A DNA stretch of 64,000 nt from Phoronis australis (Eukaryota; Animalia; Phoronida). Where the stretch lies: the NCBI GenBank assembly GCA_002633005.1, contig NMRA01000098.1:168384-232383 (forward strand), given 5' to 3'. A program made the translations under genes and the position numbers. Positions 13,772-24,800 of the stretch are shown one piece after another; positions within the stretch are counted from its first letter, which is position 1; each line of letters opens with the position of its first letter. The notes below the pieces were generated by a model, which saw only the letters and a program-made list of their open reading frames with translations, was not told the DNA's origin and did not search any database.

Positions 13772-14857
13772 TTAGCTACTTCTAAGATTAATTTTGTGTT
13801 GTCAAGTTTATTAAATCCACCAGTAAAGGTTTTGGATGAATTAAGTACGATATTCTTTAGATTTGTACGGCTGGCTCGTAATGATGAAATTAAACAAACT
13901 ATGACCTGTTTAGGGCAAGAACAAGTGGGACTTCAAATTATTAATATGCATACTTTCAGTAAAGCTTTAAAACTTGCCATGGCCCATAGATATCTTGAAA
14001 GCCCGGCGTCTAAAAGTAGTCAGTTACTATACTGACTCTACTCATTTTTAAAGAATTTTGCTTCACTTTATTAAGTCAAAGTCAACTCTAATTGATAATT
14101 CCTATTGGCGCAACGTATTTGGAAGTATGACATCTTTTTATAAGAAAATAATTGTTGCGAGTAAAGAAGACTTTGAATCAACCTTTAGTGGTTTAATAAT
14201 AACTGGGGGATTGGAGACACAAGTGTTTTTTATAAGTCTTTGTTTGTAAAAGGCTTAAGATTTTCCAGAGATATGTATACCTCTGATGGCGATTTCGCTA
14301 GTTTAGACCATTTGATAAATGGTTTCGATGTAAAACTTTGTAGAATGTAAAGGTGTTGTTTCTGCTCTAAGGTTTCAAAAAAGTCTATTTCAAAGTAAAT
14401 TCAAAAGTGTTAATGTCTATTCTCTTTGCATGCCATCAGCAATTACTCACTCAAAGAAAGATACGTATGAGGGGTTGTAGACATATTTGTCCTATCTTTA
14501 ACAACATTAAGAAACCTTCCAAGTCAGAGTGTAAATGGAAAATACGGTTAAGAGAGTTTAGATTAGAAGACAATACAATAAGATTGCCTTATGAAATTAC
14601 AAAGGATCCCAATGGTTCCAATTTAGAATATCACTTTTTTGGTCAACATCCAAGTTCGGGATTCTAATTTATGTTCCTTTTGAAATAAAGCTCCAGAGAC
14701 GCTGTCACATCTTTTTTGAGAATGTCGTCTTGTACAAGATTTTTGGAGAATTCAAAAAAATTACTTCAAAACTGTCTCATTCAGCTTCCCATCTGTTTCT
14801 TTAACAAACGTGTTATTCTCGGACGTTCTTACATGTAGTGACCACGGTCTCAGTCTA

Positions 14858-15393
14858 TAGCCAGTTAGAGACAGTGTAGCTCCCGAGCTTCATACGCCGG
14901 AAGCCTTTTGGCGAATTATGCCTCACACTGACCAAAACATCAAAGTCACTTTGCTATAAATATCCTTTGCACAAATAGTGACACCTTAGGAGGCCATCCA
15001 TGCACTTAATTCTTTCCAACTTGAAGAAACACTCCTGTTATCAAACTTTTTCTTCGAAAAGTCCATCGTTCAATTCCCAAAATCTGTAACTGGTCATTTT
15101 CGCTATACGCACGCCAGGGGATATGACGTCACACCACCTGCCGCGCGCAGTGTTAAAAATGGCGAGTTGCCGATTTTGGGAACTGAGCGAGGGATTGCTT
15201 GAAGAAAATCTTGATAACGGGAGTATTTCTTCCAGTTGGAAAGAATTACATACACCAACAGCCTCCTAAATATCCCTCTATGTCCAAAGGTATTTTAACA
15301 ACGTGACTTTGATGTTTAAATCAGTGTGAGGTATAATTCTTCTAAAACCTTCCGGCGTATGAAGCTACACCATCTCTAGGCTCTAGCTGTCTA
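14858..15393. mobile_element. older long-TIR non-autonomous element related to 15403-17306
   Basis: Arms 14858-15130 and 15160-15393 are diverged inverted copies sharing catacgccggaagc...aattatgcctc...catcaaagtcac with the neighbouring elements. Confidence 0.6.
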
Positions 15394-15402
15394 GGAGTCT
15401 CT

Positions 15403-16331
15403 TAGGCAATGACCATCTCCTCTGTTGGCCCGACCAGAGGCGATGCAGCTCCTATAGGCGCTCCATACGCCGGAAGCTTTTCAGCGAATTATGCCTCGCA
15501 CCGACTAAAACATCAAAGTCACGTTGCGCACAGAGGAACACCTTGGGAGGTTGTCGATGTGTTTAATTCCTTCCAACTCAAACAAATACTCCCGTTATCA
15601 AACTTTATCTTCGAGCAGTCCCCATTTCAGTTCCCAAAATCGTGAACTCCCCATTTTCACTCAGCGCACGCCAAGAGATATGACCTCATTCTTTTAACCA
15701 GGCCGAAGATAAGAAGTTGCAGTCCTACGAGCGAACCTTGAAAGCTGAAGTCCCCGCCCTCTGCGTACGTGCTGCCGGAAACCAACTGTGCATTTGCCGT
15801 GTTGTTAACATTAAAATGTCAAATATGTGCACAAAGACTATTAAATGTCATATCAACAGCATATATTTTTATCAAATACAAACAATAATTCATTTAAATA
15901 CAATCAGTTTCAAGTAACGCTTATTAAAGACAGGTAGTGGTGGTATTTTGGAAACGAACATTTGACTGACAAGACCGCAATGGCTCACCTTTGGCCTATT
16001 TAAAGATTGAGGTCATGAAGTCACATCACCTAGCGAGCGTGGTAAAAATTGGAGCATGCGCAGTATAAAAATGGTGAGTTTTGGGAACTGAACGAGTGAC
16101 TGCTCGAACAAAAAGTTCGATAACGGAAGTATGTGTTCGAGTTGGAAGGAATTCAACACATCGACAACCTCCAAAGGTGTCTGTCTATGCGCAAAAGGTA
16201 TTTATAACAACGTGACTTTCATGCTTTAGCCAGTGCGAGGCATAATTCACCAAAAAGCTTCCGGCGTATGGAGCGCCTATAGGAGCTGCATCGCCTCTGG
16301 TTGGGCCAACAGAGGCGATGGTCATTGCCTA
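15403..16331 (+). mobile_element. non-autonomous long-TIR DNA transposon, copy 1 (TAGGCAATGACCATC termini)
   Basis: ~290-bp TIRs starting TAGGCAATGACCATC and ending GATGGTCATTGCCTA; internal sequence is the reverse complement of copy 2. Confidence 0.8.
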
Positions 16332-16373
16332 GGTCAAGGAGTCTAGGCCTGTTATGAGACACACGGTTTTCCA

Positions 16374-17306
16374 TAGGCAATGACCATCGCCTCTGTTGGC
16401 CCGAACCAGAGGCGATGTAGAGGCTATAGGCGCTCTGTACGCCAGAAGCTTTTCGGCAAATTATGCCTCGCACCGACTAAACCATCAAAGTCACGTTGTT
16501 ATAAATACCTTTTGCGCATAGAGGAACACCTTAGGAGGTTGTCGATGTGTTTAAGTCCTTCCAACTCGAACAAATACTCCCGTTATGAAACTTTTTCTTT
16601 GATCAGTCCCTATTTCAGTTCCCAAAATCGTGAAATCAAAATTTTTGTACTGCGCACGCTTCAACTTTTACCGCGCTCGCTAGGTGATGTGACTTCATAA
16701 CCTCAATAATTTTTAAATAGGCCAAAGGTGAGCCATTGCGGTCTTGTCAGTCAAATGTCCGTTTCCAAAATGCCACCACTTATACTTGTCTTTAATTGGC
16801 GTTACTTGAAACTGTTTGTATTTCAATGAATTATTGTTTGTATTTGATAAAAATAAATGCTGTTGATATGACATTTAATAGTCTTTGTGCACATATTTGA
16901 CATTTTAATGTTTAACAACACGGCAAATGCACGGCTGGTTCCCGGCAGCACGTACGCAAAGGGCGGGAACTTCAGCTTTCAAAGTTCGCCGGTAGGATCG
17001 CAACTTCTGACCTTCGGCCTGGTTAAAAAAAATGAAAATTTTGATTTCACAATTTTGGGAACTGAAATAGGGACTGCTCGAAGAAAAAGTTTCATAACGG
17101 GAGTATTTGTTCGAGTTGGAAGAACTTAAACACATCGACAACCTCCTAAGGTGTTCGTCTATACGCAAAAGGTAGTTATAACAACGTGACTTTGATGGTT
17201 TAGTCGGTGCGAGGCATAATTCGCCGAAAAGCTTCCGGCGTACAGAGCGCCTATAGCCTCTACATCGCCTCTGGTTCGGGCCAACAGAGGCGATGGTCAT
17301 TGCCTA
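16374..17306 (-). mobile_element. non-autonomous long-TIR DNA transposon, copy 2, 9-bp TSD (AcademH- or MULE-like)
   Basis: Near-identical TIRs TAGGCAATGACCATCGCCTCTGTTGGCCCGAACCAGAGG; perfect TSD GGTTTTCCA at 16365-16373 and 17307-17315. Confidence 0.85.
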
Positions 17307-19289
17307 GGTTTTCCATTGAACATTTTGCTGTTACTATATAGCCAATACTACATTCACAATGAATGATTGTTAATTTAATGCTCAAACCAGGGACCCACAT
17401 ACAGCAACTACTACTAAATCTTCCAGAAGGTCGGATCCATCAACACCTAATCACTGCGTGCAGTCGTCAATGGAAGCCAATTCAGAAACTTACGACCAGG
17501 AGAAGGGTGACCCAACTTTGTTCGGTCAGGTTTTCTGCGATGTAATTTCATAAATGCGTTCTATGCTTTCACCTTTCTGAAAACGTCAAAGGATGTGCGT
17601 TCAACGCCACATCAGCTGGGCAACCTTTGTATCCAGTGTGACCCATTTACTCTGCTAATCTCGTAGAAAATAAACTGGACTTTGTCCCCGTCCCGCTTCT
17701 CTTCTTCTGCTACATAGTTCTTTAACTCCGGAGGTTGAATATTGGTATACTTCCGTTTGACATAGATTCTGATTTTTGTGGAGTTCCCCGAGTGGAGGGT
17801 TAATTTGTTGAGGAAGTCGTTGACAGGTAAACAAAAGGTATCTTTAACAATGTTTTTGGTGCTTTATTGTTCCGTGGTATCAGTCGTTGCAAACTGGGTG
17901 TTTTTGTACTTGCAACTTGAACGCGCATCCATGAGCCATAGCCTCATTTCTATTAGTATTACACTAGGTCACAAGCCCCGGCAATTACATCGCCGTGTAC
18001 ATGCACTGCAGACTACAGGCTTCAGGCGTGTACAGGCTCTGGCTATAGCATATCCCCATAAAAAATTACCAACATTCCAACTCACATCATTTTATGGCAA
18101 TGTACTGTTGTATTAATAGGCTGCAGCTACTGCTACAGTCAAACAGGTTCGGCCTATTGAACACGGTGTAGAGTAAAGTCTAGAGTGCACGTCTGCACGG
18201 TACAGCCGCAAACTCCAGAAGCCCCAGACGATCTTATCACATGGTCGTGAGAGGTGACTGGTCACGTGATGACAGGGTGACCTCTGCTGGGCACTTCTGG
18301 CGTCAGATGTCGCACCAGGCCAAGACCAACATGGTAACGAAAAGGACATCACAACATAGAGACGCCACAGCTGAGACTGACGTCAACATTTACAACAGTA
18401 CTTAACTGTAAAGGGTTTTGGGATACCTTCAAAGTAGCCTTCGTACAAAGCTGTATACTAAATATACAGCTTTGTACCGATGTGGGTAAAAAAGTGGTAA
18501 GATAAAATCTGACACAAAATTAGTGTCATTAAAAGCTACAGTCTTCCTTGAGTAAATTAAATCATTTAACGGTGTTGGAAAAAATGGCGTTCTACCATTA
18601 TTCTGCTGCTAAAGTTGTGGAGCGATCTTTAGCGACGGCTTTCAGTGCCATGTAATATTGCGTCACCAATATTGGCTAGTTTCTTTTTTCGCCGATTATT
18701 CAATCAACTGTTGATTTTTCATGAGGTTGCGTACATGTCACAACAAATTATCGAAACTGGTTTCACTTCATTATAAGTTCTTAGAATTTTGATGCCGAAA
18801 AACCAAATTCTAGAAGAAATTTTGCTGCTGTCAAGCTATCTCCTGAGAAATGTCGCAAAAATTTAGGAAATGGCGCGTGCACGTGACACAAGCGTACTGT
18901 TTTCAAAACGACGACATACTTTTCATTGTTAGAAAAGGCGGAGAGTTACGCAGGAAAATGACATTTATTGCATTGTTTTTCACTTTAACGGCTGTAACGG
19001 GCAAGGTGAGTGTCGGTTGATTTCCAGATTTTGCATGCACCCCGTCCGATCTTTAGCTTTACATGTTGATACAACTTTCACGGCAGGGTGACACATAGTG
19101 GAAACCTAGTTGTATTTTGATGACAGTCTTCATACAGCTAGCTGGTTGGCTTCCTTCAAAGCAGCTGTTCATGTAAGAAATGATCTCGACCCGTCGAAAA
19201 ACTTAGGTATCTACAAGGAGAAACGCAGCGTGCACTGTCCTGGAAGGAGCTATCAAACGCTAACTACAAAACGGCCAACTCACTGCTCA

Positions 19290-20500
19290 AAGTCAGATTT
19301 AGTAAAACCTCGAAAGTTATAAAACTACACTATGAAAAACTGATGGACATATATACTAAGGTTTATGATGGATACTCTGGAGAAACATCTGAGAGGCTTT
19401 GAAGCTCAAGGTGAGTCCTTTGAACATGGAACTATAAAAAAGTCGCTTGCAGCAGGTCAAAAATCTTATCAACTGTCATTATGAGTCACCTAGAAGAGAA
19501 AAAGGTCTAGAGATTCAGTAGACCATTGAACTACAGTACATGAAAGAAAAAAGAGATTAGACGTTTGTTGTTTTATTTGCTTCAGCAAAAACCACAAAGC
19601 CAAGGAATGAACAGCTAGCAAACGGTTCTGCTACTACAGAAAGAATGGTCATCACAGCAGTGTATATCCAACAAGTAGCAGCGATAGTGGAAGCTACCAT
19701 AAATCATCACCTTGAAACATATGAAGATAATGAGTTTTCCATTCAAAACTGATAGCTATGTTGACAATCTGGTACCAACAACAGTGACATCGCTATAAAA
19801 TTATATGGAGAAACTAAATTGAATTTACAGCAAGCAGCAATGAATCTACAAGAATGGATCTCTAATGATGAGAGAACTTCTTATCGAGTGTACCTGATGA
19901 AAACAGAGCTAAAGATGACAGAATGAAAGTTCTTGGTATCTATGGAACGGGAAAAATGAATCAGATACACTCTCTGTCTGTCCTACAGGAAACACTGAAG
20001 CTCCAGTGAAAAGCAAAAGGGAAGTCCTGCAGCAAATCAGCACTATCTACGACCCTTTAGGCTGTATCGCACCTCAACATATCCTATCACTCAACCCCAA
20101 AGCAGGATTGCCAGCTCAGATGATGATGCTGATAATCCTGACTATTTGGAATTGGTCGCTAGCGAGTACAAACTCCTGGAAATGTGGAAATGTGGCCGTC
20201 TGCTTAACCAGTTTTTGCAAAGTTGTAAAAACAATTATCTACTTAGTTTTCATGAAAGTACACAAACTAGCTTAAAGGTGCCAAGAGTGTAGGCTAAGGA
20301 AACTCCATCTCTTGGTGATGATGTTCTCATGAAAAAAAGTGGACAACACCATGGAACACAGAAAACAGAGCATATCAGAGAATTGTTAAAAAGAAGTGCT
20401 GATGAACTGAATGGATGGTGTCAAAGTAGTATTGCCATCTCAAAAAAATCTTAAGTGCCCACTGTCATTGCTATACCCTCTGGAATGCAATATTCGTGAA
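19290..20500 (+). mobile_element. BEL/Pao LTR retrotransposon remnant, heavily deleted
   Basis: Collinear fragments: Gag knuckle CFICFSKNHKAKE, RT SYVDNL, AAMNLQEWISND, MKVLGI, KSKREVLQQISTIYDPLGCIAP (Pao RNase H region), and C-terminal PLSLLYPLE. Confidence 0.8.
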
Positions 20501-21753
20501 TAGGATAATTCTGCAGTACCTCGCAAGTCTGATCAACCAGATAGACCCTGTGTTAATGGACTTCAATAATGGCATTAGTAGTCAAAAGACTGTTAGGAAA
20601 TCTGCGAAGAAAGCTGTTGAGAAAATTTAGTAAATTGCTTAATAAATAGCTCTTATCAAAGATTGCTGAATGTTGTGTTAAGACTTGAACATAATTATAA
20701 TTATTATTGTTTCTTTGCTCCCTGCTCTAATTTATATTGCAAACTTACAGCATGAATCAGAACAATTGCATATTTTTTTGAAACCTATTTCATGCAACAC
20801 GCATCGCGAATTCACCACAGAAGTTGATGTCATTAAAAACCACATCCTTCCTTGAGTTATCTAAATTGGTTAGCGACGCGGAAATAATTCCGTTACTCTG
20901 TATTTAAATTTGTAGTCAGAGTGATCATCATATGGGTCAACTTAGAGCGCCATGAAATAGAGCTATGTCTGTTGACCTATTTCTGTTTTCTTCAATCCAG
21001 TGCTCTTTTCCTGCAAGTTTGCACACAGTTCATAGCAAATAAAAAGCAAATGTTTTGACATTGATAGGAGTATTATGGTCATCACTTGCGACCAAAACTA
21101 TTCTGAACAAAATTTGTTTCTGCAAAGTTATCACCATTTCCCAAAAGATGTCGCATTATGAAACCAAAATAAGCAGATGGCACTCATGTTTCATGAGCAT
21201 ACTGGTTTGAAATCAATGTCTGAGTGGCCTCTGACCAGTTTAGAATGTCCATGAAAATACCACATTTTCATTGTTCTGAGAGGCATGTAATATTTGGGTA
21301 GACTTTAAAGTTTTTCCTTATCTCTGTCGGGATATTTTAATTATTTTGGATCACCAATCCACAGAAGTGTGTGTTCTTTGATTAAAATGGGGTCTGTTTC
21401 ATGACAGTGACTTTAGATTCAAGATACGAATTTGGTGTTACGTTCCACATACAGTAATTATTTCTGAAAAATAACTCACTTTACCAAAAGAATGAAATAT
21501 CTGAAATAGACACATAATTGTTAGTTATTGAGAAATATTCTACAAATTTCCAGTCTGAAATGTTCTAATAATTGCATGACTAATTCTTTATTTGGAAATT
21601 GTGTCTTTAGTCATAAGTTACTTTTCATGAAACGGACCCCTGATCTGTTCTTCCTATTTCAGGAAAATTTAACGTGGAGTTCTGGGAAGCATGTGATCTT
21701 TGCATGGACTGATCGTTTTTTCATCACATCTGTGTGTAAAACAGTAACCAGTT

Positions 21754-21868
21754 ATGAGGTTTAACAACAAAGAATTGGCAAACATAGCTTTGTATGGAAC
21801 AGGATTTGACAAGGAGGGAGTACTGCTTATTAAAGAAAAGCAAGAAGGCTTGTTCAAGAGAGGGGAGG
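21754..21868 (+). CDS. INPP4A: INPP4 coding exon 1
   Basis: [39 protein letters not shown]|gtgaga donor (phase 1); upstream acceptor tttcag near 21662 implies a 5' UTR exon further left. Confidence 0.85.
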
Positions 21869-24800
21869 GTGAGAATACATTCACTTAGAATAGCTTGAAG
21901 AATTAGATTACTGTATTCGCACTAATAAGTGCACAGGGCGCTTTGAAAAATTGGCTTCAGGAAGGGGGGCGCTTATAGCCCAAAGTGGTTGAAACTCGGT
22001 CTCCAAAACAGGTGAAATCGTAAGCTAGAATTCACCAAATTTACGTTCTGTGACGCATCTGTAATGTATGATAGAGTTTCTACAAAATTGCAGTGCATTG
22101 CTATCGAACTTTGTTGTTAAATTACGAGCATTTTTCAGAAAATCCCAGTGTGAAAACTCACCGACTGATGCGTCGCTGCCTCGCAGTTGATGATAGGTCA
22201 ACTTGAATTCTTGAGTAATGATATAGTTTCTACTCAACAAATTACCTTAAGTCCTCCTTAAGTTTTCAAAATAGTGTCCTTAAGATTTCTAGGTTCCTTT
22301 GGAGCCGGTATTATTTGCATATTAAGTCCAAATCTGCATTGTACCCCGCAACACGAGAAAAATCTGTGGACGAACACACAATCATGTTGTTGTCACATGA
22401 CGTTTGTTTTGAAGTTCGTCTGCGTATTGCGTGAGTGAGCGAGTGCGTGAGTATCATCAGACTTAATTTGCCAGAGTAAACGCGATGTAACGATCTAGGT
22501 GATTGTGCAACTAGAGAAATTAACACATTCAGTAAAGCAGAACATGTTTTATTTAGCACTTGTTGATCTCATCTGCTAAAATATGTTCAAAAATTGTCTC
22601 GGTAAGGCCAATATTGCATCGCCAGGTGACTGGATGCGTGACAGTCTAACAGTTATTTTTCGGGAGATGGGGGGTGTGAGGGTGCGGAAGTTCTCACTAT
22701 CAGTGGGTCATTTTGACTTTAAAAACACCAATTACAATTTATTGAATAATGCCTCCTAAAAATACCGCAAATTGAAAAACTTTCTGAAATGAGTGCCAGT
22801 ATTTATTTCATGCCGATGCTATGCTACCCGTTTCATGAATAGATAGTTCCCGAAGACTAAGCTTCGATGACAATTACTTGTATGTTGCGCGCGCTTCCTG
22901 GCCACGTGCTTTTAACAAAGGTCAAGTTTATATTAGTCTTCGATTTGCGGTTTTCACGTATACAAAGAAATTTGGATTCCAGTTGATGGAGAAGATCTGT
23001 ATGTGAAAGATACAATACAATCTCTTTGACAACTACGCTGCGTCTGTTCTGAAAGACCAGACCATAATAGGATACGTTCCTTGCAAGATCAGCAAAACTT
23101 ATGTGTTCTTCTTGAGACACGGCGGAAGTTGGAAGTGTATAGTCACGGCTAAATACCGACATAGCGGAGAGGCTTGTGGTCTACAAATTTCGCGCACAAT
23201 GATTTTTTCAGGACTGTCGGATCTTATTGATAAATTGAAGACGTTAACTGTAGAATTTTAGAACTGTAGGTAAGGCATTTTTCACATGTACACAGCGTTG
23301 ATGGACTGGGCGCTTATTTTAGCAAAGTCTGAATACATGTGGGTGGCGCTTATAGGGGCATGGGCGCTTATTAGGGCAAATACGGTAGTATTCTATTTAA
23401 CGCATACATGCGAGTTTTCCTGATAACTAACACCTGTCAAATACAAAATGATTATCGCTCTCATTTCTATATTGCTTACCATTATCAAGGAGAAGTGAAT
23501 ATTATAGGGGATTGTTTGATATCTTTAATCAAATGTATTGAAAAGTTAAAATACCAAGAGCATATTCCTAGCATACGCATTGCGTACCTGTGATGATTTC
23601 ATGCAAAAAGGTCAATGGGTACATTTAATTAAAAAACATTGAATTAGTAGCAAAAGACCAATATAGCATAAATAGTTGCAAAAGTTTAAATCATTCTGAG
23701 TCGATATCTTAGTCACAACAAACAATTTAATACTCAAAATTCAGAGTGTACATCCATCACACTAACTCAACTTATATCGAGCTCTCTGAAAAAAATTCTT
23801 AGAAGATATCATCAAAAAAATCAGTGTGTTGTACTTTGCAAACATTGCACTAAATCATGATATAAAACAAAAAATTGTAACTTAATGCAACTCACAGAAA
23901 ATTAACGTTAAATTTTTTTAAATTTAAATTCTCTGCGTACGTTCGTCACACCCTTTTAAATGTAATTCTCTCAGTCAGATTAAAAGATAGGCAGAAATGA
24001 TACGTGCTTTGAAAGCTATCAATAAGACCTGTCGATGTATAAATTATTTTCCTATGATGAACACTTTTTTCACAATTAATCAAAATGTTCTCTGTACATT
24101 CGTCACTATGGAATTGCACTTTTTGAAAAGGGAGTTGGTGGTGCGATATTTGTAGTTGCTCACCCTTTCCAGGAAATCCATCTGACAAGCTTTTCAAATA
24201 AAAAAAACGAACACGAAACCTCGACAGAAATTAAGGCAGGTAGACGATTTTTCTTAAGTTTTTTTTTGGTCGGTGAACATAGGTCTCAAAATCAGAGATG
24301 ACTACCAACTTTGCTTTGTGTTTTAGTGAAGTTTCAGAATGGAACACAAAATGATAGATAAGCGAAATGTTATTTGTTAAAGTTTTTCAACCAAGAAAGA
24401 AAATTTCACTCCTCTATTTAAAAACTTAGTGTTGTACTCAGGTGCAGATCAATAAACGGTCTTGTACAGTAGAAGATGAAAGTAATCGGATAAAATACTG
24501 CTTTCCTGTCATGACGGCTATTTCTGTATACAGCAAAAATTTCTGGTAATATTTATTAGGACAACAAAATTCTGATAACAGAATGGCTTAGCCACCTTCA
24601 AACTTACGTGTCATTTGCCCTACATTCTCAATCAGGAGGGAAGACTACTCTTAAGATGATTTCGTTTTCAGCCCAGTCGTCTTGATGAAGAATTCCGGGT
24701 CATACATTTGATTTGTACTGTTCTATACTTTAAGACTTTGTAAATGAAAAAAGTACCAAATTGCCTAGAAAGTTCTTGCTGACTCGAAAAGCTTTAAATT

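Larger units (their letters stand above)
11400..14820 (+). mobile_element. decayed L1/Tx1-clade LINE ORF2 (reverse transcriptase and C-terminus), interrupted by a DNA transposon
   Basis: RT motifs IDFEKAFDS, GCRGDPLSPYIFILC, ISQHVGD (degenerate YADD), SGLQVNVNKAKAIWFGS. Removing 12195-13771 plus one TSD copy restores GRVTVIKTLATSKINFVLSSLLNPP. Confidence 0.85.

Noticed and set aside
16219-17300. Near-identical ORFs MTIASVGPNQRRC... on both strands
   Set aside because: They are translations of transposon TIRs and show no recognisable domain.
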